The notes beneath the pieces were generated by a model. It made no database searches. It was not told the origin of the DNA and saw nothing but the letters and a program-made list of their open reading frames with translations. Of a stretch of DNA of 64,000 nucleotides, positions 18,248 to 28,029 are shown piece after piece. Within the stretch, counting starts at the first letter, position 1; the number at the start of each line of letters is the position of its first letter. The stretch is from a virus, in IMG/VR virus record IMGVR_UViG_3300028388_004772, positions 1 through 64,000 of that record; one strand, written 5' to 3'. The position numbers and the translations under genes were made by a program.

Positions 18248-19742
18248 TGTCTTCTCCTTCGGGTGCTTGTTCACCTTCACCATTCATTTGATCTTGCATT
18301 CTTTCAATATCATCATCATTGAAATGTAATACATTCTTCATTACCCATTCCTTCGAGAAAAATTCACCGACATAGTTCTGAATCTGATCCAATGACTGTA
18401 ATTTTTCTCTGAGAATTTCTGCGTCTTTGAGTTCAGCAAAGTGATTGTCTTTGGTGAACTCAATTACTAAATCTGACTTCCATCCGTTCCAATCTTCTTC
18501 TGTAATAATTCCTTTGAGAATCAATTGCTTCTTGAGAATATTAAGGAATAGGTGTGAGAACCGACGACGAAGTCTATCAATAAACTTCTGAAACTTCAAT
18601 TCGTCTCTTGTAATCTCTGATGAACGACCTAACGAAAACTGAGCTTCTTGTTCGAGTCTATTAATAGGTACATTCAATGCACGATACATTTTCTTCTGAA
18701 AGTAAACAATATCGTCAATCTGTCCTAAGTTTTCTCCACCAGGTAGAGTTGAGATTTCTGTACCACGACCACCTTCCCTGCGTGGCAACCAGAAGTCTTC
18801 TAGTAACGACTGATGTTTTCTGTCGTCTCTAATTTGACCAGTCTTTGCATCATAGACAAGCTTATTTCTGTATCTTGCCATAATGTCTTTCATATATTGT
18901 TCAGCCTTACCCCGAGGTAAGTTACCAACATCAATATAGAAAATACGGCGTTCTGGAGCACGGGCCAAGCGATAGATGACAAGAGAATCTTCCATCATTC
19001 TCAATTGATTGATTGGCTTCATTGCTTTGTGTAGATACGATACAATCTTCTTGCGGTCTTCATTCAACAAGCCTGATGTCACATAAGAGACAGCATCTTC
19101 TGTCATCTTAACACCACCAGACTGTTGAGATCCAGGCTTCTCCTGGTAAATGAAATACTCATCAATGTTTTCGATTAACTTGGCACCGGTCTGTTGATCA
19201 GTCTTTGTTTTGATCTGTTTGACTTTTCGCATCTTAGATGCATCGATTGGACGAATCTCTTTGATACCTTGTTTGAGGTTACTTTCGTCCACTACTAGGT
19301 GATGGTATAATCTACCATCAACATACCATCTACGGAATATATCATGACCATAGTCCCCAAAGTCAAGCATCCCATAGATGTTATCGAATTCTTCTTTAAT
19401 TTGCTTTTTGATTGAGTCTGAGATATCAATATTATCCATATTAACATCAACAATCATATCTTGATCAGAAATTGTTACGGCTTCATTTACAATCTCTTCG
19501 ATAGCCATATCAACTTCAGGGTGCATCGCAAGTCCACGATACTGCATAATAAGTTGATGATTATCTTTTGAATCATCACCGTCAATATTTAAGTATTGTC
19601 CATAATGCATCCCGGATGCAGTAACATATCCTGCACCATCATCATCACGCGCAGGAACGATCGAGGGAGTCTTCTTAGGATCTTCTTCCTTAGCTCTCTT
19701 GATTTCAAAGCCAAATAATCTGAGGCCTCTATCTTCTGCCAT
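18240..19742 (-). CDS. gp20: Portal vertex protein
   Basis: HPEVD.AIEEIVNEA, FRRWYVDGR, NQLRMMEDSLVIYRLARAPERRIFYIDVGNLP, EDFWLPRREGGRGTEI. Confidence 0.98.
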   Translation of the reverse strand: MAEDRGLRLFGFEIKRAKEEDPKKTPSIVPARDDDGAGYVTASGMHYGQYLNIDGDDSKDNHQLIMQYRGLAMHPEVDMAIEEIVNEAVTISDQDMIVDVNMDNIDISDSIKKQIKEEFDNIYGMLDFGDYGHDIFRRWYVDGRLYHHLVVDESNLKQGIKEIRPIDASKMRKVKQIKTKTDQQTGAKLIENIDEYFIYQEKPGSQQSGGVKMTEDAVSYVTSGLLNEDRKKIVSYLHKAMKPINQLRMMEDSLVIYRLARAPERRIFYIDVGNLPRGKAEQYMKDIMARYRNKLVYDAKTGQIRDDRKHQSLLEDFWLPRREGGRGTEISTLPGGENLGQIDDIVYFQKKMYRALNVPINRLEQEAQFSLGRSSEITRDELKFQKFIDRLRRRFSHLFLNILKKQLILKGIITEEDWNGWKSDLVIEFTKDNHFAELKDAEILREKLQSLDQIQNYVGEFFSKEWVMKNVLHFNDDDIERMQDQMNGEGEQAPEGEDNE

Positions 19743-19756
19743 TTTAATTCCTTAGG

Positions 19757-19791
19757 TAGAAAGAGGGACTAGAAAACCTAGTCCCTTTCTA
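19757..19791 (-). terminator. Hairpin/terminator after gp19
   Basis: AGGGACTAG-5 nt-CTAGTCCCT inverted repeat followed by a pyrimidine run. Confidence 0.65.
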
Positions 19792-19802
19792 TATGTTATA
19801 TA

Positions 19803-20339
19803 TTAGGTTGTTGTATTAGGCTCTTGTGAATCGAAGTACTGGTACTCGAAGGTAACAGTGAATCTTTCGATTTCATCAACTGAAGCGTAGCTTACATCAA
19901 TTGGTGATACTTCAGTTGGGAAAGCTCCCCTAAAAGTATACTTCTTAATAGCCTCACCTGAACGATCTAATTGTTCAACAAACAAGTCTGCTTCGTACAA
20001 AATTGGTGAAGTTAGACCTGTGTTGGCTGAATGAGCATTAATACCATTCATCCAACGCTCCATCGCATTACGTACATCAAAGTCTGTATCATTGATGATT
20101 GTAACAGTCCATGGTCCAAAGGTTCTATCGCCAGCCATTTTTAACTGACGACCTCTGAATGGTACAACAATCGTGCCCATAGTTGAACCAGGTAACTGAG
20201 CCGTTTCACAAAGGAAACTTGTCAACTCAGTATCACCACCTACATATCCTGGATAGTTGATCGTCGCCTTAAATAGATTAGGACGAGCGCCACCACCTCT
20301 CAGTTTTGACTTAAAGTCATCGACTCCTAAAACTGCCAT
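19803..20339 (-). CDS. gp19: Tail tube protein
   Basis: GGGARPNLF, LPGS, VPFRGRQLKMAGDRTF..WTVT.INDTDF.VRNA.E.W. Confidence 0.97.
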   Translation of the reverse strand: MAVLGVDDFKSKLRGGGARPNLFKATINYPGYVGGDTELTSFLCETAQLPGSTMGTIVVPFRGRQLKMAGDRTFGPWTVTIINDTDFDVRNAMERWMNGINAHSANTGLTSPILYEADLFVEQLDRSGEAIKKYTFRGAFPTEVSPIDVSYASVDEIERFTVTFEYQYFDSQEPNTTT

Positions 20340-20350
20340 TTGTTATCTCC

Positions 20351-22072
20351 TTATACCGTGCCTACGACTTCTTCAAAGTCCACACCAGTTCTTACAGCTA
20401 CGAAGCTCAATGTTACGTAGTTGATTGAACGTGCTGGCTTGATAAAGATGTCAGCTTTAAATTCATTACGGTCAATAACAGCTGCTGTGTTATTTGTTTC
20501 GTCACAAACAACTCTAAAGTCCGTAATACCACGACGACCTTGTACTTCACGAAGTACTGGTTCGACAATGTTAACAAATTCAGCTCTAGTGAACTCATCG
20601 TTAAGTTCGAACAAAACTTGCTCTGCTGCTCTACCAATTGCTCTTTCAAGTACGAGGAACAATCTACGTACATTGATTCGATCAAATGCAGATACTCTTC
20701 CTAAGAATGTCTTATCTCCAAAGAGAAGAGCACCCTGACCAGGAATGTTTGCAATTGGGTTAACGCCTGCCTTATAGAGAGTATCTCTCTGACCCTTAGT
20801 TGGGCTGAATGCAAGACTTGTGATTCCTAACAATTGACCTCTACGAGAACCAGCTGGTGAGAACCAAGGTGCTCTGTTGAAATCAGTTGATGCCATGATA
20901 CCTGCTACAGTAGAAGATGCTGGAATTGTTCGATACTTGTCGTTATACTTATCGTATACTTTAATCGCGTTTCCATCAACAATCAGGTAAGAGGATCTAG
21001 TAAAGTTACTTACAGCACTAGTGATATTTGATACTTTTGTTGCATCACTGTTGGAAGTAAAGTTACTGATATTTGGCGATGTAACTACCACACAATCTTT
21101 TCTTGTTGACTGTGCTGTTGCAACAAGATCATTTACCAATGTTGTTTGTACGCTATTGGAATCCATATTACCAGCAATCAAGAAATCGACTTCTACTTGA
21201 TCTCTGTCTTCGTATAGATCCCATCCTGACAAGTAATCCCCTGTTGTTGGTGCAGTACCACTTGTACCACCAGTTAACACAATACGAACAGAAGCACTAT
21301 CTCCTGTTAAGCCATAGTCTGTGTTTAACGCGGCTAAAGAACTAAAGTTATCACCATAATCAGTAACTGTTCTTAGGAAAATATATTCAGATGTATTATT
21401 TACAACAGTCTGACCATAAACAGAAACGCCTTGAGAATTCTTAGCATCTGCAAGAATTGAAAGATTCGGAAATGTTTCAAGAACTGTTCCTCTAGTACCC
21501 GTTACTAAACCATCGCTGTCAACTACACTTAAATGAAATTCGTCATTTGATGATCCTTTAGCTGCAGCTGTAACTGATGTTCCTGGCGCAGCATCAAAAC
21601 TTGAAGCGCTTGGCCAACTCGTAAAATTACTATCAGAACCTGCAGCCAAAGTACGAACAACAACGCCATTTCCAAGTGCACTTGGATTTCTCCAATATAC
21701 TTGACCGGTTAAAGCTCCGCCGTCATCAGACCTATTAGTAAAATCGTCTAAATCCCTAATGTATGCTGCATTTGATGAATCAGCAGCATTTTTCGCTGTA
21801 TCCGTATCTACCACTCGAGTTACAAATAGCGATCCTGAATATCTTAAAAACTGAGCCGCTGTCAAAAAATCGATAGCTGTAGCGTCTGTTGGAGTGCCAA
21901 ACTGTTCTACGAGCTCTTGTTCATTAGCAACTAGTACTCTCTGCATTGGTGGGCCATCAGTAAACTGACCTACAAATGCGCCTGTAGTTGACTGGACGTT
22001 TGGTACGCCACCAGTCAAATCAATCTCCCTTACGACAACCGCAGGAGATTCTGAAGGTGCAAAAAGTGCCAT
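20351..22072 (-). CDS. gp18: Tail sheath protein
   Basis: SPAVVVREIDLT, PWFSPAG..RG, FDRINVRRLF, FE.NDEFTR, IKPARSINYVTL.FVA. Confidence 0.97.
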   Translation of the reverse strand: MALFAPSESPAVVVREIDLTGGVPNVQSTTGAFVGQFTDGPPMQRVLVANEQELVEQFGTPTDATAIDFLTAAQFLRYSGSLFVTRVVDTDTAKNAADSSNAAYIRDLDDFTNRSDDGGALTGQVYWRNPSALGNGVVVRTLAAGSDSNFTSWPSASSFDAAPGTSVTAAAKGSSNDEFHLSVVDSDGLVTGTRGTVLETFPNLSILADAKNSQGVSVYGQTVVNNTSEYIFLRTVTDYGDNFSSLAALNTDYGLTGDSASVRIVLTGGTSGTAPTTGDYLSGWDLYEDRDQVEVDFLIAGNMDSNSVQTTLVNDLVATAQSTRKDCVVVTSPNISNFTSNSDATKVSNITSAVSNFTRSSYLIVDGNAIKVYDKYNDKYRTIPASSTVAGIMASTDFNRAPWFSPAGSRRGQLLGITSLAFSPTKGQRDTLYKAGVNPIANIPGQGALLFGDKTFLGRVSAFDRINVRRLFLVLERAIGRAAEQVLFELNDEFTRAEFVNIVEPVLREVQGRRGITDFRVVCDETNNTAAVIDRNEFKADIFIKPARSINYVTLSFVAVRTGVDFEEVVGTV

Positions 22073-22132
22073 ATCCTTTTCCTTTCGTTAATTATATGAT
22101 ATCATAATACGGTTGAAGTTTCAAGTCACTAT

Positions 22133-22148
22133 TATTTATATATTTATA
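22133..22148 (-). promoter_or_regulatory. Tandem T4-type late promoters
   Basis: Two adjacent TATAAATA motifs (22133-22140 and 22141-22148) upstream of gp18. Confidence 0.75.
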
Positions 22149-23748
22149 GATTTGGATCAATTTCTATCGCCCAAGGGACAGTTTTATCCTCCTCAATAGA
22201 TTGGATATGTTGAGATCCATCGTCAACAAATCCAAATGGCACCAGGTCGTCTTCGATCTCTTTCATTTTCTGTTCGAACATCATTTGCTTAAGGTTGATG
22301 TCTGTCATGTCTGCAAAGAATTGGGTTGAGACAAAATATCCAAACATTACCAGATTCATCATAAGGTCATCGTGATTTCCATCCGATGCCTCATATGATT
22401 GACCTTTGGCTTCAAATGTTGAGATTTCGAGAATAGTGTTCTCATCGTGAACAGTTATTTTATTGTTCTCGAGAATGTCTTTGATTGCAGAACACCCAAG
22501 TCGTTTGACCCTACGATTCATTTCAATACCAAGACCTGAAGACTTCACTGTAGACGTAACGTGCATGTTTTCATATTCAAGCTCGTGATATAGTCCGTTA
22601 CAAACCACACCACCTTGATCATTTGACTCAATAACAATATAAGCGTTGTTATAGACTTTTGCATACTTATATATAATGTTAGGGTAGAGTATGGGCGAGA
22701 TAGTGTTATTGCGATACACAGCAACCTGTTCAAACGGGCGAACGCTAATATCGATCAAATTAAAAGTAGAATAGTCTTGACCTCTACCCTTACTTACATC
22801 TACGGTCATGATGTATTCATGATCCTTGATTGGTTCATTATAAATTAGAAGATCCCCGTTCTCAAGAACACGAGAAGGATTTTTTGCCCTCAGACCCATC
22901 AATGTTTCTGAATTGATCAGGGTATCTCCGGTTCCAAAAAATGTATTACCAAACTCTTGGTCAAACTGAAGTTGAGACGTGTTTGCAATTGTTTGCTTTT
23001 TCCAAGCTTCATCTCGTCCGGGAACGTCCCACCAATCAACTCTGAATGGTTTGAATTCATTCGTTCCTTGTACTGCACCTTCCCAAATTTTATGAAAGAT
23101 GTTACCAATACCATTTGCTGTAGATGTAATAATAATCTTGGTATCTTTACCAGATGAAACAACAGGATAGGTTGATGTATAGAATTCTGCTGCACGTTCT
23201 ACGAATGCAAACTCATCGAGATACAGAAGGTTGACAGACATACCACGAATAGAGGAACCTGATGTGGCTGCAGCAATGATTCGCGAATTGTTAGAAAATT
23301 CAATTGATCCTTTGTTCAAGGCCTTACACCCAGGTTGTAGGAAGAACGGAATATTTTCTAGCATTAATGTGACCCGAGCAAGCATCTCTCTTGCTGTAGC
23401 CCCTTTGTTAGCCATTACTGCAATTGTTTTCTCAGAATTAAATAAAGCAAACCATAGAAGGTAAGCACAAGCAGAAATTGATTTACCAGACTGTCGGCAG
23501 GCAAGGACGATGTTGAATCGATTGTCGTTAAAATGATCAAACATGTTCTTTTGATATTCGTACAACTCAAAAGACACTAGGCCTTTATCGAGTGCAATCA
23601 CTTTAACATATTTTTCACAAAAGTAAACTGGATTTTTCATGCACTTGGCATATTCTAAAACAAGATCCTGGGTCCATTCTTCTTGAACCCCATCTCGTTT
23701 TACATTTGGATTACCAAGATACGACTCATTCTTTGGAATCATGTTCAA
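22144..23748 (-). CDS. gp17: Terminase large subunit
   Basis: YLGNPNVK, RQSGKS, RGMSVNLLYLDEFAF, TSTANG, DVSKGRGQDYS, HDDLMM. Confidence 0.98.
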   Translation of the reverse strand: MNMIPKNESYLGNPNVKRDGVQEEWTQDLVLEYAKCMKNPVYFCEKYVKVIALDKGLVSFELYEYQKNMFDHFNDNRFNIVLACRQSGKSISACAYLLWFALFNSEKTIAVMANKGATAREMLARVTLMLENIPFFLQPGCKALNKGSIEFSNNSRIIAAATSGSSIRGMSVNLLYLDEFAFVERAAEFYTSTYPVVSSGKDTKIIITSTANGIGNIFHKIWEGAVQGTNEFKPFRVDWWDVPGRDEAWKKQTIANTSQLQFDQEFGNTFFGTGDTLINSETLMGLRAKNPSRVLENGDLLIYNEPIKDHEYIMTVDVSKGRGQDYSTFNLIDISVRPFEQVAVYRNNTISPILYPNIIYKYAKVYNNAYIVIESNDQGGVVCNGLYHELEYENMHVTSTVKSSGLGIEMNRRVKRLGCSAIKDILENNKITVHDENTILEISTFEAKGQSYEASDGNHDDLMMNLVMFGYFVSTQFFADMTDINLKQMMFEQKMKEIEDDLVPFGFVDDGSQHIQSIEEDKTVPWAIEIDPNL

Positions 23749-24061
23749 TCACGTTTTCATTCTGTAGCATTTTCTGAAGATCAGCTGTTGATCCAACAAA
23801 GAAATTATTCTGTTGATTTTCAACTTGCTTTGGTTGTTGAGTGATCTCTTTATTCTTTTTATTGAGATCCATCAGCTTATCATTAACGTCAGACAAATTC
23901 TTAATCATATTAGAAAGAACTTCATAGGCACGTGGATGCTCTGACTCACGAGCAACATGAATCATATCTTCCATAGCCTCACGACCTTTCTCCAAGAGAT
24001 CATAATATGTTTCTCTCGAATAATCGTAATCACTTTTTACATTATCTTTATCGTCTTTCAT
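23726..24061 (-). CDS. gp16: Terminase small subunit
   Basis: DYDYSRE, ESEHPRAYEV, FVGSTADLQKML. Confidence 0.93.
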   Translation of the reverse strand: MKDDKDNVKSDYDYSRETYYDLLEKGREAMEDMIHVARESEHPRAYEVLSNMIKNLSDVNDKLMDLNKKNKEITQQPKQVENQQNNFFVGSTADLQKMLQNENVIEHDSKE

Positions 24062-24843
24062 TATGCACTGTCTACTATAGTAGTTGTAAATCCAAAGTCA
24101 GAGTCAGCTAAACCAATAATATCCAATGGATTGGGTGTGACTTGTACGGTTTCAAGATATACATCCGAATCAGCTGGTCCAATACCAAGATCATATAAAT
24201 CAGCATTTGCTTTACGAATGATCGCACTATTATATATTGGACCGTGAAAACTTACTTTCATTTCGAAATCCATCGAGTATACAATCGTGCGTCTCGTATC
24301 AAGTGTCCCTTCGAAGTCATCAGAGAAACTCACCCCTTGAATAATAATTGGAATATCTTCTTTGAATTCAGGATAGTCATCAGGGAACGGATTGATTGTT
24401 AGTGTATACTGGGGATTGAAATATGGCAATACTTGTTCTACAACTTGTAAAGCATCGTCTTGTGATTTTGCATAGACATTTAACTGAAAGTTGATTGTAT
24501 ATGGAACAGGTGGGAAGAATTTCTGTCTAGTGGAACTTGTTGTACCAGCCGTCTTAAATGTCGCTGTCTTGGTCAACTGCCTTGATGCATCATAGGCAAA
24601 GTTTGTGATCTCAAATGACATCCGAGGTAACTTAATTGCTACTTTTGTATCATCATACAAATCTTCTTGTTCACGAATTCTGCTGAGGTATTTTCTGCTT
24701 GGGGCATATGATAAAGGAACCTTTACCTGACTAACACCTCCACCAGACGAATTTCTACGAATGATGTAAATATCATTAAACATTCTTCCGAAGATTGCAA
24801 CACATTTTCTAATTTTTTCGTGATAAAAATACGTACCAAACAT
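24061..24843 (-). CDS. gp15: Tail sheath stabiliser / completion protein
   Basis: MFGTYFYHE.IRK....FG..FN, KVPLSY, LPRMSFE, QVVEQVLPYFNP. Confidence 0.94.
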   Translation of the reverse strand: MFGTYFYHEKIRKCVAIFGRMFNDIYIIRRNSSGGGVSQVKVPLSYAPSRKYLSRIREQEDLYDDTKVAIKLPRMSFEITNFAYDASRQLTKTATFKTAGTTSSTRQKFFPPVPYTINFQLNVYAKSQDDALQVVEQVLPYFNPQYTLTINPFPDDYPEFKEDIPIIIQGVSFSDDFEGTLDTRRTIVYSMDFEMKVSFHGPIYNSAIIRKANADLYDLGIGPADSDVYLETVQVTPNPLDIIGLADSDFGFTTTIVDSA

Positions 24844-25730
24844 TAACTATTCTCCGGATCACCAAATGGGTTATTCTCACTAAAGTCTATGAAACCATCT
24901 GAAAGTGAGCTGAAGTCATCATTCTGTTCATTTTCAGATATCTTATTATCTTCTGCTAAAACGTTGATAATAGTATAATCCGAATCCCTAATTGTAAGGT
25001 CTCCGATAATAAACTCATGATATTCTCCATCACTCGCTCCAACATGGATAACATGAAGAATATGATCAGAATCTGACCACTTAGATACTTCACCAGAAAT
25101 TGTTAATCCAAGATCAGAATCTAATGTTTGTGTTACTGTAGATCCTATCTCAATACCAGAGGCCGGTACACTATTGATATACAACTTATACGTGTATGCA
25201 TAATCCTGTTCAATACCATCAATATCTTCAACATTGGTATCAAAGTCTTCATCATTGTATTCGAACAATTGACAACGCATCTTATACGTAGGAAGATTAC
25301 TTAACTGATAGAATGGTTGCTCATGCTCAACATGCATGATTTCAAATAATGACTTGGACATAGGAAGGTAGATCAGATCACCTTCTTTTGGTCTTTCTAC
25401 GGTAACATCATTATCATACCGGCCGATTAACTTTGTCCACTTTCTTCTCGCTACAACAAAAGTTGCTTCATCTCGTATCTCAACACCAAACCGAGTAAAC
25501 AGATCACCCTCTCCTTCGAATCCTTCAGTGTTTTCAATGTACATCGTTACCTTGTACGCTGAACTAAAACGAGATGGAATATCATCACCAAAGATTCTAT
25601 CCTCAGCGACAATAGTACGAGGAAGATAATAGACAATTTGTCCGTATATCTCTAAAGCTTCAATCGTGATGTCTTCATACAAGTTCTGTTCCGATCGAAC
25701 ATCTTGTCTGAAGTAAGGATTCATACCCAT
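24843..25730 (-). CDS. gp14: Neck protein
   Basis: EQNLYED...E...IYG..VYYLPR, FG.EIRDE, RPKEGDLIY.P, FEI..VEHEQPFYQL, DFSE.NPFG. Confidence 0.94.
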   Translation of the reverse strand: MGMNPYFRQDVRSEQNLYEDITIEALEIYGQIVYYLPRTIVAEDRIFGDDIPSRFSSAYKVTMYIENTEGFEGEGDLFTRFGVEIRDEATFVVARRKWTKLIGRYDNDVTVERPKEGDLIYLPMSKSLFEIMHVEHEQPFYQLSNLPTYKMRCQLFEYNDEDFDTNVEDIDGIEQDYAYTYKLYINSVPASGIEIGSTVTQTLDSDLGLTISGEVSKWSDSDHILHVIHVGASDGEYHEFIIGDLTIRDSDYTIINVLAEDNKISENEQNDDFSSLSDGFIDFSENNPFGDPENS

Positions 25731-25734
25731 ATGT

Positions 25735-26490
25735 TTAACCTACAAAGAAGTCAGCTGGCATCTCATGTTCGAGTCGAATACTTTCTCTAAGTCTGTCGAT
25801 CTCTTGAACAGCGTCATCATAAATCTGGCGGCCATTTAAAGTAACACCACCAGGGAGTTGCATTCCTTCAAATTTAATTAAGTTCTGACCCCATTGTCTT
25901 TTAATCAATGATGTTGTATACTCCTTCAACCACATATCATTATAGATTGATGTGTGATCGTCAGGATTGATAATCTGATAAATTTCAGCAATGATATAGT
26001 CATCTACATTGATATCGTCATCGTCAAAATCACCAAAAATATACAATCTATTTTGCTTCCGTGAAAACTGAACCTGCGGCTGACCATTGAGCTTCATGTC
26101 CAGCAATGACAGATATTGTTGCATCTGCTCGTAGTATGCAAGATCGCCAGCAAAATGAATCAGAGAGGCCATGTCATTCAACATCATTTGATATTTGATA
26201 TCAAAAAAGTTTCTACCATTGTTGAATGTTGATTGTAACGGAAACATTTTTGAGACGTATGTGATATTACTGTTTAATGTAATGTACTGATTAGATACAT
26301 CATCTGCAGTAATCTTATGTTTCAGATATGTGCGAAGAGTTGCATCAGAGTGGAACTCTTGATAATATTGAAGAGCCTCGTCAACACGATCCTCGAGTTG
26401 ATCCTCATCAACATTAATCTCGATGACAGGATCACCAAGTTGACGAAGACAATAGTCGATTAATTGTTGACGTGAAGCTGGATTTGCCAT
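25735..26490 (-). CDS. gp13: Neck protein
   Basis: SRQQLIDYCLRQLG.PVIEINVD..Q..DR.DEALQ, KRQWGQNLIKF.G.QLPGGVTLNG. Confidence 0.95.
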   Translation of the reverse strand: MANPASRQQLIDYCLRQLGDPVIEINVDEDQLEDRVDEALQYYQEFHSDATLRTYLKHKITADDVSNQYITLNSNITYVSKMFPLQSTFNNGRNFFDIKYQMMLNDMASLIHFAGDLAYYEQMQQYLSLLDMKLNGQPQVQFSRKQNRLYIFGDFDDDDINVDDYIIAEIYQIINPDDHTSIYNDMWLKEYTTSLIKRQWGQNLIKFEGMQLPGGVTLNGRQIYDDAVQEIDRLRESIRLEHEMPADFFVG

Positions 26491-26523
26491 ACCAATAGTC
26501 CCAAGAGTTTCTTTTCTTAGGAC

Positions 26524-26531
26524 TATTTATA
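26524..26531 (-). promoter_or_regulatory. T4-type late promoter TATAAATA
   Basis: Exact motif upstream of gp13. Confidence 0.75.
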
Positions 26532-26536
26532 ACAAT

Positions 26537-28027
26537 TTAACCAAGGAGAGCTGTTGGGATTGCAAAAAACACCGCACCCTGGAAACCATTACCAGCTGCA
26601 TATGTTCCACCCGCTGTATGCATTGCTGTGCCGCCCGCAGATCCATAATTCGTAGCACTTGTAGGTGCGCGCACGTTCGCCCCTGATGATATTTGACTTA
26701 TTCCTGCTCCTCCCAGGCCGGGATCTCCTGCAGCGCTGGAATAATTAACTCCACCAGAACCTGCTGCAAAATAACCACCATTTGATGCACCAGAAGAGGC
26801 CTCTAGTGTTGAAAATATAGACATCCGAAGTCCATTACCACCGCGGCCTGATAATGAATTACCAGGATAGCCAGCCTGGCCGGCACCACCACCTCCGCCG
26901 CCGCCTCCAGATGCACCATCACCCCCACCATTTCTATATAATGTAAATCCGGATGGTGTTGTACCAGCATAAGTCGCTAAGTTAGGAGCCGTTGTATTTA
27001 TCTGTTCACCACCACCTGAAGAGGATCCTCCATTATAGTTTCCACCTGTATATGTCAAACCACCAGACCATCCCTGTATACCACCTTGACCACCCATTGC
27101 TCTAGCCCAAGTGGATCCTCCAATGGCAACAGTTGTGGCGCCCCCATCGTCACCTTTAACCCGAACATTACCGTTAACATTATAGCCTGTACCGCCCTGT
27201 CCTATAGTAAAGCTAAGGGTTCCATCTGGTATTGTTAGTACATTATTTGAATTATATATGACAGCACCTCCACCGCCACCGCCACCGTAGTATCTATTTG
27301 CGCCACCGCCACCACCGCCGATCACACCCATGTAGCCTTGGATACCAGTAATTCCAGCAACCTGCATTGTATAAGAACTATTAGTAAATTTAAATAATGT
27401 GTACTGTGAGGATGTTGAAGTAATTCCCGCAGCAACCAATTCAGTATAGTTTGTGACTACAGAACTTGCAGGAACAATAATTGAAATATTTTTAGTTGCA
27501 AGGTTTACAGTATCGCTTGCAGTAGCAGTGAACACACCACTCTCTTGGGTAGTAGCTGAATCATATGTCAAAGTAAATGTGCCGTTAGAATCATTAACGA
27601 CACCACTCAAAATATCATTAGCATTACTATCAAGAATATAGTTCCAGAAAATATATGGACCATCAGAATCAACAGCTGTGAAGTTAAAGATAGTGTCGGA
27701 GTCAGTAAGTTCGCCGGAATCTAATCCTCCAAAAACAGTTGGTCCAACAATTTGAGGAGAGTTGTTAGCAGTGGAAATGGTATACCATCCGGACCCGTTA
27801 TTAACATAATACTTGTTTGTAGCATCAATATAGGCAAGAGAAGCTTCCGGAACTCCTGTCAAAGGTAGCTGAGCAAATGAATCATAAACTGTAATGCCGG
27901 CCCCTCCAGCATCTACACTTCCAACATAATCCTGATCAATAATACCGGTAAACGCAGAATCCTTTAATGATCCTGTTTCAGTTATATTTTGAGAAAAAAA
28001 TGTCGATACGTTTCTTATCTTAGACAT
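26537..28027 (-). CDS. Virion fibre/adhesin: shared N-terminal module plus glycine-rich C-terminal domain
   Basis: VYDS...LP, YYV.NGSGWY...N.SP; GGGGGG repeats. Confidence 0.75.
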   Translation of the reverse strand: MSKIRNVSTFFSQNITETGSLKDSAFTGIIDQDYVGSVDAGGAGITVYDSFAQLPLTGVPEASLAYIDATNKYYVNNGSGWYTISTANNSPQIVGPTVFGGLDSGELTDSDTIFNFTAVDSDGPYIFWNYILDSNANDILSGVVNDSNGTFTLTYDSATTQESGVFTATASDTVNLATKNISIIVPASSVVTNYTELVAAGITSTSSQYTLFKFTNSSYTMQVAGITGIQGYMGVIGGGGGGANRYYGGGGGGGAVIYNSNNVLTIPDGTLSFTIGQGGTGYNVNGNVRVKGDDGGATTVAIGGSTWARAMGGQGGIQGWSGGLTYTGGNYNGGSSSGGGEQINTTAPNLATYAGTTPSGFTLYRNGGGDGASGGGGGGGGAGQAGYPGNSLSGRGGNGLRMSIFSTLEASSGASNGGYFAAGSGGVNYSSAAGDPGLGGAGISQISSGANVRAPTSATNYGSAGGTAMHTAGGTYAAGNGFQGAVFFAIPTALLG

Positions 28028-28029
28028 AT

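Noticed and set aside
22090-22125. Short palindromes (TATGATATCATA, TTGAAgtTTCAA) in the gp18 leader
   Set aside because: AT-rich and short; could be chance.
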